A DNA stretch of 64,000 nt from Somniosus microcephalus (Eukaryota). The position numbers and the translations under genes were made by a program. Position 1 is the stretch's first letter. Each line of letters begins with the position of its first letter. Location: NCBI GenBank assembly GCA_052327205.1, contig CM126215.1, forward strand, positions 20,584,001-20,648,000, read 5' to 3'. Shown here piece after piece: positions 23,237 through 36,580 of the stretch. The notes under the pieces were generated by a model that saw only the letters and a program-made list of their open reading frames with translations, was not told the DNA's origin and made no database searches.

Positions 23237-23472
23237 TGTGGTGTATGTAACCTGTTCCACCTTAGGAGAACTACCTTAAGAGATGTACTACTTTCTCTTG
23301 GCTGCTGTATACTGTAATACCGGTGGTGACCACACCGGTATATAAACGTTGTGTAGTGATTTGCTGGGCAGTTCAGCCCTAACCTCTGAATAGTAAAGAC
23401 ATGTTAAAGTTATTCTTGTTGTCTGTGTCCAGTGATTTATAATAAGCATAACTGGGACACACAGACTCAACA
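23237..23472 (+). repeat. 3' LTR of Gypsy A
   Basis: Follows the PPT; direct repeat of 13770-14005. Confidence 0.95.
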
Positions 23473-25359
23473 GAGGTGTATGTCCTTGTGTTATTTCTCA
23501 TGCTTCTGTTGCTTGCCTTCGCTCTCCTGAATCAACTAATTTGAATCAGTCAGCTTAAAATTTCAATTATTGTAGGAAACCTGTAACTTCATTACAGGCC
23601 TGAGCTAATAATACGAAGGGTGATCACAGCTTCAATAATTCGGAGGGTGCTTTTCCAGCATCACTTCAGCAACAAGATTTGGTCTTTTGTGACATGATTG
23701 GCTTAGTAATCATGCTTGCTGTATAGAGTGGTAATGCGGGTGCATTTCTTGTTATTTTGATTGGAAACGTAACGCGATTTTTTTTACATGGTTCCATTCA
23801 TATTTATCTCTGAGGAGGAGCTTGTTTAAAACTTTTGAGTCTCGTCCTTGAAAGATGGGCAGCACCTCCTCTGACTCTTCAGATTCTGGGAGGTATGCCC
23901 TCTATTTTCCTCCAAAATCTAACCGTAATTTTCATAACTCTTGTAATCGTTTCAATATTTAATTGTCTTGGAAATCATTGGTAACTTTCTACATGCATTA
24001 TCATTTACTGTGGACGAAGTAAATTAAGTCGTTCTTTCTCTTGTGGAAAGACTTGCTGCAATAACCTCTTCAACTGGTGCACTGCCCAAAGTTAATTAAC
24101 AAAAGGCAAGGTTTCCATTCCTGATGGTTGTCCAGTGACAATTGCTGGAAGCACATGTTGGCTGAGTATAGGATAATCTTGCGATTTGATTAATCTGCCA
24201 GTACTCACTGTATTGGGGCACACTTGGAATGGTCAGTTGGGCAAGCAACTAGTGTCATAATTCCACAGATGATTCTTCACATCCAAGTCAACATTAAAGA
24301 CTAGTCATTATTTTGAAGGATAAGGAAGGAGAAGTTTACAATGATACAATTGAAGCTTCTTCAAATACCAAGGATCTGAGGTTCACTCCTATTGTGCTGA
24401 GAGGAATTTGTACCTTTTTTGGGACAGGGACCTCGCCAGGACTATCGCTGGATTTTGTCATACAAGTCAGTGAGTCCTGTTTTTTTTTAAAAAAAAGAAA
24501 CAAACCAATCACAGGTTGAAGATCAATTGTCCACTTTTAGGCCATTTAGCAAGTTTATGAAACTGTGGCCTGGTTTTACCCATATTATGTAGTTTGGCTG
24601 GGTGAGGTTGGTGTTTACGAAGTAGTCTTTGTTTCACACCAGTCAAAAGTTAGAAACTTTACTCCCCACAGCTCCAGGGCGTTGCCAAGCAGATCTCAAT
24701 TCTCCACTGCTTGCCAACATCCGGGTATTGTGGATTGCATGCCTTATCTTGTACAGTATGATCTTTATGGGGAGACACTACTAAGTTCTAAAGCTCAGCA
24801 GATAGTCTTTAAATTGACCTGCAGGTGCATTTGGGAAAAGCTTTACTTTTGAACTGTATTCAGTGTGAAACGGAAACAGCATTTTACAGAAATTCATGTA
24901 TTGGTCTACTTTTGTATTAATTTAAAAATGTATTGGTGAATTGTCTCAAAGCAATTTGAAATACAAGAAATTATCTCTTGAGTTTCATACGAATAATTTT
25001 GGTCAGATGCTTGTCTATTTCCTCCATGGTTTCTGGCTGTTGGATTTAAAGCACGCTGCCTCTTGACTTTCTTTTGTGAAGTTCTTACACATTCAATCAC
25101 TGGATAGAAACAGGCCATTCTGCCTATCGAATCTAATCACGTGTAGTGTTTTTACCTTTTTGGCTTCTGCTTTCATTGTTACATTCATATAGAAAGTGTA
25201 TCTGTTTGTGCTGGCTGAAACATAATTATTTTTCACCCACGAAAATGTTGCTCACTTTTTTCTATTGTGTGTAGCTATAAAATGCAGTATGAGCTGTCCT
25301 CACTGAACTATGCAGTAGTATCCGAAAACAACACTTGTGGTGTCATGATTGAACATATT

Positions 25360-26210
25360 GGGCTGGATTTTGATACTGGAGGTGTGTAGGAGGCGGGACT
25401 ACAACTTTCAGGGTTGTAGTCCCGCCTCCATCGAGTTGTGGCCAACCCACGCGATTTTCACTTGATTGACCTTGTTGAGCCCACCCAGCGGGCTCAGCAG
25501 GCCAATTAAGGGCCATCCGGCAACTGGTGACATCACAGACTGAAATTTCATCTGTCAAGAGCTTTTGACAGATGAAATATCAGCGTTTGACAGCTCTTTG
25601 AAGCTGTCAAACACTGACAATCTGTACACTAAGTTAATTCCTTCCTCTCAGGCTGATTTTAGAGATCTCTCCAGAACAGAAAACTGAATGCTGCAGATTT
25701 TGACAGCTCGCGGCCATTCTGCTTTCTGTGCTGGTGAGATGAGCGACTCCCGAGACCTGAAGGAAGGAAGGCTGTAAAGGTATGTAAGACTTCTTTAAAC
25801 ACTTTACACACACCAAACACACTTACCTCTGCACTCATGTACCCATCACTCACCTGAACACCGGACATCTCGAACCCTCCAAGCCCTTCAGCCCGACGGT
25901 CCGCCTTGCTAACTTGACGTGGTTTGGAGCCGTCGGGAATCCCACACTTCAGGAATAAAAATAGGAATTAGGCTAAAAACTGCCTGTTAACTACCTGTTA
26001 ATAGGCACTAACCTGTTAATAGGCACTAATCCCCTTCCCGCCTCGGGGAGGCGGCTCCCACCACAGGTTGGGTATCCGCCTCCTTTGAAACTGGCATAGA
26101 GGCGGGTCGGGGGCGGGATGGGTTCGTGCCCCCCCCCCCCCCAGATTTCGTGATTTTAACCCCCCACATGCCTCCAATCCCGCCTCCACGGCCCAATGAA
26201 AATCCTGCCC
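25360..26210. mobile_element. PIF/Harbinger-like MITE
   Basis: TIRs GGGCTGGATTTT / AAAATCCTGCCC with exact ATT duplication (25357-25359 and 26211-26213); internal TGACAG hairpins at ~25545-25612. Confidence 0.75.
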
Positions 26211-27148
26211 ATTGTGTTGTAAACTGGGCCAAAATTCAGAAAACCTATTTCTAGCTTAGTGCTGTGGTTGCTAACGTAACCTGACTGGATTGTAAATTAG
26301 TATAAAGATAGTGAGGCATTAACTTTTCAAAATGTCAGTAAATGTAGGACAAACTGAAGTTAATGAGATCTGCTCCATAATAATCGGATAAAGTGCTATT
26401 TTTTAATTATCAAAGTATTCATGGCTGTTACTAGACCTCAACTTGTAAGAGTGAAGTTGCAATAATACCACCCTTGCCTTGCTGCCCAAAGTGTTATTTT
26501 TCTGAAGTGTTAAATGGGTGGTAAAAATATCAGTTTAAAAATCTTACACTCTGCCACTCACTCTAATCTTGAGGGTGATAGTTCGACGAACTGAAATCTT
26601 TACCCATGTACTGCTGCCATTTTAGAAATAGTCCTCCAATTTGTTCATGCAGTATAAACAAATTTAGCCCTAAAGGTAGCAATTTAGAGATCAAATATAA
26701 ATAGCGAAGACCTTTTGTGGAATGCACCAGTATTTTGTGCATCACACCACATCATATCGTTTCTTGTGTATATTGCAAACAGAGACTGGTTTATAGTTGC
26801 TTCCAGTGGTAACCTTGTTTTTAATACCTGGTGGTAGCAATCAATGTGATCCGGGGTTGAAGATAATGTAGATGGGTGTATCAGGCCTCTTGCAGTCTCC
26901 TACCTAATCACCATCAGTGACAGGAGCAAGGTCAGTTGAAAGCTGGACTCAACCCATCCATTGTAGCTGTATGCAATGTTCTACAACTTGCTGCAAGGTG
27001 AATCAAGACCCGTCCATTGTGTAGTTCTCATTGTATTTTTATCAACACTCATTCCAGGAATGTCAAATTTTAAAATGCAAATTGAATGTAAGTTTGTGCT
27101 GGGAAAGGTATTTGCCCATAAATCGGGTTGCCTACCCTCCAGGATTAA

Positions 27149-29050
27149 CATAGAAACATAGAAGATAGGAGTAGGCCATTCGGCCCCTCGAGCCTGCTCT
27201 GCCATTCAATGTGATCATGGCTGATCATCCAAATTCAGTACCCGGTCCCTGCTTTCTCCCCATACCCCTTGATCCCTTTAGCCTTGAGAAATATATCCAA
27301 CTCCTTCTTGAATATATTTAATGAATTGGCCTCTACTGCCTTCTGTGGTGGAGAATTCCACAGGTTCACCACTCTCTGGGTGAAGAAATTCCTCCTCATT
27401 TCTGTCCTAAATGGCTTACCCCTTATCCTTAGACTGTGACCCCTGGTTCAGGACTCCCCGACCATCGGGAACATTCTTCCTGCATCTAGTCTGTCCAGTC
27501 CTGTCAGAATTTTATAAGTTTCAATGAGATCCCCTCTCATTCTTCTAAACTCCAGTGAGTACAAGCCCAATCGACCCAATCTCTCCTCATACGTCATTCC
27601 TGCCATCCCAGGTATCAGCCTGGTGAATCTTCGCTGAACTCCTTCCATGGCAAGAACGTCCTTCCTCAGATAAGGTGACCAAAACTGCACACAATACTCA
27701 AGATGTGGTCTCACCAAGGCCCTGTACAACTGCAGCAAGACATCCTTGTTCCTGTACTCCAACCCTCTCACTACGAAGGCCAACATACCATTTGCCTTCT
27801 TAACCGCCTGCTGCACCTGCATGCTTACCTTCAGCGACTGGTGCACAAGGACATCCAGGTCTCGTTGCACTTCCCCTTCTCCCAATCTATTGCCATTTAG
27901 ATAATCTGCCTTCCTGTTTTTGCTACCAAAGTGGATAACCTCACATTTATCCACGTTATATTGCATCTGCCATGCTTCTGCCCAATCACCCAACCTGTCC
28001 AAATCATCCTGGAGTTTCTCGGCATCCTCCTCCCAGCACACACGCCCACCCAGCTTTGTGTCGTCTGCAAATTTGGAGATATTATATCTAGTTTCCTTGT
28101 CTAGATCATTAATATATATTGTGAATAGTGGTGGTCCAAGGACCGATCCCTGCGGTACCCCACTAGTCACTGCCTGCCACTTGGAAAAAGACCCGTTTAT
28201 TCCAACTCTTTGCTTTCTGTCTGCCAACCAGTTCTCTATCCAAGTCAGTACCTTGCCCCCAATCCCATGTGCCTTAACTTTACACGCTAATTTCTTATGC
28301 GGGACCTTATCGAAAGCCTTCTGAAAGTCCAAATACACCACATCCACTGGTTCTCCCTTATCTATTTTACCAGTTACATCCTCAAAAAATTCCAGTAGAT
28401 TAGTCAAGCACGATTTACCCTTTGTAAATCCATGTTGACTTTGCCCGATCCTGTCACTGTTTTCCAAGTGCTCCGCTATTACATCTTTTATGATGGACTC
28501 TAGCATTTTCCCCACTACCGATGTCAGGCTTACCGGTCTGTAATTCCCCGTTTTCTCTCTACCACCTTTTTTGAATAGTGGGGTAACATTAGCTACCTTC
28601 CAATCCATGGGTACTGTTCCAGATTCCATCGAATGTTGGAAGATGATCAGCAATGCATCTACTATTTCTAGGGCCACTTCCTTAAGTACCCTAGCATGTA
28701 GATTATCAGGCCCTGGGGATTTATCGGCCTTCAATCCCGTCAACTTCCCCAACACCATTTCCCTACAAATACTGATTTCTTTCAGTTCCTCCCCCTCATT
28801 AGTCCCTATGTTCCCCGACATCTCTGGGAGGTTATTTGTGTCCTCCTTTGTGAAGACAGAACCAAAATATGTATTTAATTGGTCTGCCATTTCTTTGTTC
28901 CCCCATTATAAATTCCCCTGATTCTGACTGCAAGGGACCTACGCTTGACTTCACCAATCTTTTTCTCTTCACATATCTATAAAAGCTTTTACAATCAGTT
29001 TTTATGTTCCCTGCAAGCTTACACTCATATTCTATTTTCCCCTTCTTAAT
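27149..29050 (-). mobile_element. Young 5'-truncated CR1 LINE
   Basis: 480-aa minus ORF plus 3' UTR and catagaaacatagaa tail. Confidence 0.95.
27448..28890 (-). pseudogene. CR1 ORF2 reverse transcriptase domain (5'-truncated)
   Basis: NYRPVSLTS, QHGF, DFQKAFDKVPH, GVPQGSVLGP, FADDTKL, RPHLEYCVQFWSP. Confidence 0.93.
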
Positions 29051-29511
29051 TATTGTCCTGGAGTCTCCAGGAATTGAAGATTCATCTCCAGGACACTGCT
29101 GTGATCAACCCCAGGAGAAAAATCATAGGGCCTTTAAAATAAATTGTATGATTTTTGTTTTCTTTTGAACACTTCTGTTTATTAGTTATAAAATTATTGC
29201 AGATTCGGGGGGAGGGGGGAAGGCTGCTTGACTTAGTCAAGAATCATCCAATTGGGCAACGAAGAGACTTTTCGCTTTCCAATTGACATGGGAAGGCGAT
29301 GCGCCGTGACGATGGACATGTTGGGTGACCAATGGCGGGAGCGTGGGGGCGGGGCAGCTGGAGGCAGGAAGACATGTGATGAAACTTCCAGGAATACATT
29401 CAGCCAGAGTTGGCAATCCGAGTCCAAAAGCCCGGAGCAAAATAGTTCCTGTTAACTGTAATGACGCCATATAAGTAGACGAAGAACATTTAGAAGAAAC
29501 GAATGTTACTT

Positions 29512-30945
29512 AACCACTTATCAGCCCAAGCCTGAATGTCATCCAGGTCTTGCTGCATTTGGGCATGGACTGCTTCATTATTTGTGGAGTTGTGAATGGA
29601 ACTGAACACTGTGCAATCATCAGCGAACAGCCCCATTTCCACCTTTTATGTTGGAGGGAAGGTCATTGATGAAGAAGCAGCTGAAAATGGTTGGGCCTAG
29701 GACACTGCCCTGAGGAACTCCTGCAGTGATGTCCTGCGGCTGAGATGATTGACCTCCAACAACCAGAGCCATCTGCCTTTTGTGCTAGGTATGACTCCAG
29801 CCAGTGGAGTGGTTTCCCCCCCCCCCCCCCAATTCCCATTGACTTCAGTTTTACTAGGGCTCCTTGATGCCACAATCGGTCAAATGCTTCCTTGATGTCC
29901 AGGGTGATGACTCTCGCCTCACCCCTGGAATTCAGCTCTTTTGTCCATGTTTGGACCAAGGCTGTAATGAGGTTTGGAGCTGAGTGGTCCTGGCGGAACC
30001 CAAACTGGGCATCAGTGAGCAGGTTATTGGTGAGTAAGTGCTGCTTGATAGCACTGTCGATGACACCTTGTATCACTTTGCTGCTGATTGAGAGTAGACT
30101 GATGAGGCAGTAATTGGCTGGATTGGATTTATTCTGCTTTTTGTGGACAGGATATACTTGGGCAATTTTCCACATTGTCGGATAGATGCCAGTGTTGTCG
30201 CTGTACTGGAACAGCTTGGCTAGAGGCACGGCTAGTTCTGAGCACAAGTCTTCATCGTGACAACCGGGATGTTGTCTGGGCCCACAGCCTCTGCTGTATC
30301 CAGTGCGCTCAGCTGTTTCTTGATAACCTGTGGTGTGAATCGAATTGGCTGAAGACTGGCTTCTGTGATGGTGGGGCCCTCGGGTTGAGGCCGATATGGA
30401 TCATCCACTTGGCACGTCTGGCTGAAGATGGTTGCAAACACTTCAGCCTTGTCTTTTGCACTCGCGTGCTGCGCTTCGCCATCATTAAGGATGGGGATAT
30501 TCATGGAGCCTCCTCTTCCCGTTAATTGTTTAATTGTCCACCATCATTTACGACTGGATGTGACAGGACTGCAGCGCTTTGATCTGATCCGTTGGTTGTG
30601 GGATCGCTTAGCTCTGTCTATAGCATGTTACTTCCGCTGTTTAGCATGCATGTCATCCTCTGTTGCAGCTTCACCAGGTTGGCACCTCATTTTTAGGTAT
30701 GCCTGGTGCTGCTCCTGGCATGCTGTTCTACACTCACTCAACCAAGACAGGGTTGGTCTCCTGGCTTGATAGTAATGGTAGTGAGGGGTATGCCGGGCCA
30801 GGAGGTTACAGATTGTGGTGGAATACAATTTTGCTGCTGCTGATGGCCCACAGCGCCTCCTGGATGCCCAATTTGGAGCTGCTAGATCTGTTCTGAATCG
30901 ATCCCATTAGTACCACACAACATGATGGAGGGTGTCCTCAGTGAC
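29512..30945 (-). mobile_element. Second CR1/L2-group LINE family, RT region fragment
   Basis: ORFs 29663..30247 (QFGFRQDHS, LDIKEAFDRLWH) and 30232..30504; frameshifted. Confidence 0.88.
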
Positions 30946-31440
30946 ACAAGGATATGCATCTTTTTAAGCTATTATTCTGCAATACAGTAGTTCCTATGAT
31001 GGCCTTTAACCATCCCCCAGCCCCCCACAAAAAAAGTCCAGGGAAACTTCTGAATTGGGCAACTTAGCAGGGCGAGGCTGAAGGAATCTGTGACCAGGAT
31101 GTTTCATGAAATTGACCTGGGTGAGTGTTGAGAGTTCAAAGACCTGGAGAACTTGTTCTGCTTGTGAACGGGCAGATCTTTGATCAAGTACATGCTTCAT
31201 TTCAGTGAGTGCTAGTCTGCATTCGAACTTCATCGTTTGACATGATAACACTATCCAGAGGGGAATTCCACAGGCAGGAGAACCAGTCTGTAAAACGTTG
31301 CCACTGGCTTCCATGTTGATCTTGGGTTGATTGTAGAATGTTGAGGTGCGGTTCTTGCAGGTCTTGTGTTCAGCACAGAAAGTCTGGTTTAAATCTTAAC
31401 AACTGGTTTTGTGCCTGTGACAAATTTGATGGTCTGATAA

Positions 31441-32360
31441 AAGACTTGCATTTCTATAGCGCCCTTCACGACCACCGGATGTCCCAAAGCACTTTACAGC
31501 CAATGAAGCACTTTTTTGAAGTGTCGTCACTGTTGTAATGTATGAAACGCGACAGCCAATTTGCGCACAGCAAGTTCCCACCAACAGCAATGTGATAATG
31601 ACCAGATAATCTGTTTGTGATGTTGATTTGAAGGATAAATATTAGCCAGGACACAAGGGATAACTTGCCATGGAGAGAGTGCAGCGAAGATTCACCAGAC
31701 TGATACCTGGGACGGCAGGAATGACGTATGAGGAGAGATTGGATCGATTAGGCTTATATTTGCTAGAGTTTAGAAGAATGAGAGGGGATCTCATTGAAAC
31801 TTATAAAATTCTGACAGGACTAGACAGACTAGATGCAGGAAGGATGTTCCTGATGGCGGGGAGTCCAGAACCAGGGGTCACAGTCTAAGGATAAGGGGTA
31901 AGCCATTTAGGACAGAGATGAGGAGGAATTTCTTCACCCAGAGAGTGGTGAACCTGTGGAATTCTCTACCACACAAGGCAGTTGAGGCCAATTCATTAAA
32001 TATATTCAAGAAGGAGTTAGATATATTTCTTAAGGCTAAAGGGATATGGGGAGAAGGCAGGGACAGGGTACTGAATTTGGATGATCAGCCATGATCTCAT
32101 TAAATGGCGGAGCAGGCTCGAGTGGCCGAATGGCCTACTCCTGCTCCTATCTTCTATGTTTCTATGTAACTCCCCTGCTCTTCTTTGAAATAGTGTCACG
32201 AGATCTTTTATGTCCACCTGAGGGAGCAGACGGGGCCTCGGTTTAACATCTCATCCGAAAGACGGCGCCTCCGACAGTGCAGCACTCCCTCCGCACTGCA
32301 CTGGAGCGTTAGCTTAGATTTTTGTGCTCAAGTCTCTGGTGAAACTGGACCCTACAACCT
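31441..32360 (-). mobile_element. DeuSINE (SacSINE1-like) split by a + strand CR1 3' fragment (31666-32166)
   Basis: The two SINE halves match the reverse complement of 55518-55970; the insert encodes VQRRFTRLIPG...RGDLIETYKIL and is flanked by taact/taact. Confidence 0.85.
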
Positions 32361-34172
32361 TCTGATCCCATTTCTGATGCAGTAGTAGATGAACTCTGGC
32401 ATGGAATTCAGCCATGCTACAATCTGCAGGTTTGAATGTTTCTGGATTGTACAAAATCATGAGCGAGATTTTGTTTGCAGCTTACCCCACAACACAACAC
32501 AATACAATATTGCTGTGCATTTATAAGCTTTGACGGTTTGCAATGTGTCACAAGTGTAGTTGAGCTTTTTTGAATTGCATTCTTTAAATTTTTCCAACCA
32601 TTTCTGCCACTAAGATGATTATTCGGATGTGATTAACGGAGCGTTTCTACGAAGCTTTATGTTCTATTTCCTCGATTATTTGTTCATTTTATTATTATGT
32701 CGCCGTTAAATCTATTTTAATCAATTATCTGTCTTGAGTATCGAGATGATTATGGTCATAAGGCTTTTCCTGTGTTCATTTTTGGGATGCCAAATGATGC
32801 AGGATTTTCTTGTGTTTTTTAGAATATAATTTCTTTCTCCTGGTTTTTGTTGGTGGTGGTGACATCTGCCATCTAAATTCCATAACCAGATTCTGCATGG
32901 AATAAGGGCGTCTGGGTGGGTCAGTGGAATCATTCGCTTGATATTTCAGGAAACACCCAGACTAAGGTTTTTTTCTACAAAATAAAATATTCTCCTTCCG
33001 CATGCCAGGAGTCATGTCTTCAACAGGGCAGGCCTCCAGTTAATGTGTTTACAGGGCATGGCTAGCGGCAGGAAAGGGAGCTAGAAACTTATTGGAACTT
33101 TTACCATTGCACAAGGTGGCCCTTGCTTTTTCGGTGTTGGTAATCCCATATATAGTGTACAAAATGGCAAATAGCTGTGGTGCTCAACTTAACTGTGCCC
33201 TTAGATGCAACCAAATCCAGAGCATGGTTTCCTTTTAAAACAGGTGTCTGGCAGAAGTTGGATTTGTTTGTCAAACCTGTTTTCATTCACTGTATCTTGT
33301 CTAAATGCCCAATCTTGTCCCAGTTAACATTCGGCCACAGGTAGGTTTTCTGGTTCTGCAAGTTTTATTTGTATCTTGACAAAGCTCCGTGCAACTAGGT
33401 CAGAGCCTGACAATCCAAATTTGGGCGTGAATGATTGATTCATCTGTCACTGGTTTGAACAAATTGAAACTGCAACCCAGTGTGACTCTCTCAAAATATT
33501 AATGAGATGAGTGACCTCAATGCACCTGAAAAGATATCACGGCCAATAAAATGAAGTGCTCCAGTCATCGGATTAAAGTACCCATTTTATTTAGGTGAAT
33601 CAATGTAGCAATTCACTCCCAGCTGAATGCCATTCAAAGGCAATTGAATGATAGAATGAATTGGTCGTTTGTGCTACTTTTGAAGTTTGGACATACAATA
33701 CACTTTTTTTTAAATGAGTGGTTTAGTGAATGTTTAAGTAGACAGTTTTTTTCATTGGTCTGTGTTACTTGTATTTTAAATCTACTAGAAATAGCTTAAT
33801 CCTTTCAAATAATGACTTGAAATGAATAATTCAACCTTCCGCTTTTAAAGATCTGAGTTCCAAGTTACATGTTTTGTCTCGACATCTGCAAAAATCATAA
33901 AGTATATACAACTAAGTACTGAATGTTTCTTATTAATCTAATGCTGAGAATATTGAAAATTATGATTATTTTTGTTTAAGTGTAAAAATGTTAGTCGTCA
34001 TCGGAGTTTAATATTGCAACTTTAAAACCATCAAGGCAGCCCAGCCCAGTCGATTGTGCGACTTGCTGACCATCTGCATGTGGTGGGCACAGTCAGCGCT
34101 GTTTGTGAAGCAGCTGCTAAAACTGCCCTGTTTGACTCTCTGCCCATAAAGCGTGGAAAAGAGCCTCTCCTG

Positions 34173-34380
34173 TGTTAGATCCGTGTATCTTGATGTGTCC
34201 TTCAATAATTAGACAAGAGACTGCAGGGAACGATCAACAGGTGTTTACTGAATGAGGGTTACTCTAGAACTAACTGTACAGATCACTGCTCAGGGTTTAT
34301 ATACAGGTGTGGTCACTGCCGGTACTACAGTATACAGGAGCTGTAAAAGTAGTTCTCCCCTTAAAGGTACATACATTACA
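34173..34380 (-). mobile_element. Solo LTR related to Gypsy C
   Basis: TGT...ACA ends, 208 bp, high similarity to 39050-39262, exact 5-bp TSD TCCTG on both sides. Confidence 0.93.
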
Positions 34381-35078
34381 TCCTGCACGTGCATTGACAT
34401 CACGCAAGTGCAGAAGAGGCTGTGTGCTAAGGGGGCCCAGAGGTAGATGAGCTGCTTTCAGGGCATGTGAACAGGGATTGGCAGGTATCATTGTCGCTTT
34501 CACATTGGTTATTTTATCTCCCTTTTAAAAGAACTGCCATAACTCATTGTCATCTATTATACATCCATGGACTTCAAATCATTTATATATTTTGAGCATG
34601 TTTGTAATCTAGGCATAGAAACACAAGGTGTGAAATCACTTTCTATTAACTTCAATGACATAGAAATAATAATCCCTAATCTGACCTCGTGTTAAATGGT
34701 TTATCATTTATTTAATCAGTACACATCAGTCATCTTTTACTCTAACTTTTTGTACACTTTATACTTTACGTTAAATTTAGCTTCTGTTTCAACAAGAATG
34801 TTGAAATATTTTGAGGTACAAACTGCAAGCTTGTTCCAATTTGTCCCTCCTTTTGCAACTCAAAACTTCAGCATCCTTTGTAGGCATCTTGACTTTATTT
34901 CAACATAAATTGAAGCAACCTCTTGAACAACAACAAAAAGCACCTTTTTAAAGTAGTAAAACATCACAAGGCGTTTGAGCTTAATTTATTGAAGGCTCGT
35001 GTAATGGGATACATTACAGCTTCTAAAACTCCAACTATAGGCCTATATTCTGTAGAGTTTAGAAGTTTAAAAAAAAAA

Positions 35079-36184
35079 AATCATTTATGGGATCTGGGCA
35101 TCACTGGCAAGGCCAGCATTTATTGCCCATCCCTAGTTGCCCTTGAGAAGCTGGTGGTGAGCTGCCTTCTTGAACCACTGCAGTCCGTGTGGTGATGGTA
35201 CTCCCACAGTGCTGTTAGGTAGGGAGTTCCAGGATTTTGACCCAGCGACGATGAAGGATTGGCGATATACTTCTAAGTCAGATGGCGTGTGACTTGGAGG
35301 GGAACTTGGAGGTGGTGGTGATCCCCTGCGCCTGCTGCCCTTGTCCTTCTAGGTGGAAGAGGTCGCGGGTTTGGGGGGAGGTGCTGCCGAAGAAGCCTTG
35401 GCGAGTTGCTGCAGTGCATCTTGTAGATGGTACACACTGCAGCCACGGTACGCCGGTGGTGGAGGGAGTGAATGTCTAAGGTGGTGGATGGGGTGCCAAT
35501 CAAGCGGGCTGCTTTGTCCTGGATGGTGTCGAGCTTCTTGTGTTGTTGGAGCTGCACTCATCCAGGTAAGTGGAGAGTATTCCATCACACTCCTTACTTG
35601 TGCCTTGTAGATGGTGGAAAGGCTTTGGGGAGTCAGGAGGTGAGACACTCGCCGCAGAATACCTAGCCTCTGACCTGCTCTTGTTGCCACAGTATTTATG
35701 TAGCTGGTCCAGTTAAGTTTCTGGTCAATGGTGATCCCCCAGGATGTTGATGGTGGGGGATTCGGTGATGGTAATGCCGTTGAATGTCAAGGGGAGGTGG
35801 TTAGACTCTCGCTTGTTGGAGATAGTCATTGCCTGGCACTTCTGTGGCGTGAATGTTACCTGCCACTTATCAGCCCAAGCCTGAACGTCGTCTAGATCTT
35901 GTTGCATATGGGCATGGACTGCTTCATTATCTGAGGAGTTGTGAATGGCGCTGAACACTGTGCAGTCATCAGCGAACATCCCCATTTCTGACCTTATGTT
36001 GGAGGGAAAGTCATTGATGAAGCAGCTGAAGATGGTTGGGCCTAGGACAGTGCCCTGAGGAACTCCTGCAGCGATGTCCTGGGGCTGTGATGATTGACCT
36101 TCAACCACCACAACCATCTTCCTTTGTGCTAGGTATGACTCCAGCCAGTGGAGCATTTTCCCCCCGATTCCCATTGACTTCAGT
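35079..36184 (-). mobile_element. Second CR1/L2-group LINE, 5'-truncated, inserted into a + strand CR1 fragment
   Basis: ORFs 35725..36174 (GVPQGTVLGP, FADDCT), 35349..35690 and 35273..35557; the CR1 sequence at ~35040-35066 resumes at ~36185. Confidence 0.88.
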
Positions 36185-36580
36185 TAATGAGGTGATCTAA
36201 TTGAAACCTATAAAATTCTTAAGGGGTGTGACCGGGTTAATGCTGGGAAAATGTTTCCCCTGGCTGGGGAATCTAGAACACGGGGTCACAGTCTCAGAAT
36301 AAGGGGTCACCCATTTAGGGCTGAGATGAAGAGCAATTTCTTCACTCAGAGGGTGGTGAATCTCTGGAGTTCTCTCCGCCAGAGAGCTGTGGATGCTCAG
36401 TCGTTCATTATATTCAAGACCGAGGTCGATAAATTTTTGGAAACGAAGGGAATTAAGGGATATGGGGATAGTGCGGGAAGGTGGAGTTGAGATAGAAAAT
36501 CAGCCATGATCTTGTTGAATGGTGGAGCAGGCTTGAAGGGCCAAGTGGCTGACTCCAGCTCCTATTTCTTATGTTCTTAT
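36185..36580 (+). mobile_element. CR1 LINE 3' end
   Basis: ORF 36251..36490 reads NFFTQRVVNLWSSL; ttcttatgttcttatg tail. Confidence 0.88.

Larger units (their letters stand above)
13770..23472 (+). mobile_element. Ty3/Gypsy LTR retrotransposon 'A' (autonomous-type, now disrupted), host of nested element B
   Basis: 236-bp TG...CA LTRs at 13770-14005 and 23237-23472 (6 differences by eye). PBS TGGCGACGAG at 14007, complementary to the tRNA-Ser(GCT) 3' end. PPT AAAAAGGGAGGAT. Domain order gag-PR-RT-RH-IN. Confidence 0.96.
27125..29420. mobile_element. hAT-like non-autonomous element split by a CR1 insertion
   Basis: Imperfect inverted ends cgggttgcctaccct / agagttggcaatccg flank the CR1 and the unique segment 29055-29420. 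Confidence 0.5.

Noticed and set aside
27920-28921. Plus-strand ORFs over the CR1 RT (and similar antisense ORFs over other LINEs and Gypsy elements)
   Set aside because: Antisense shadows of retroelement coding sequence.
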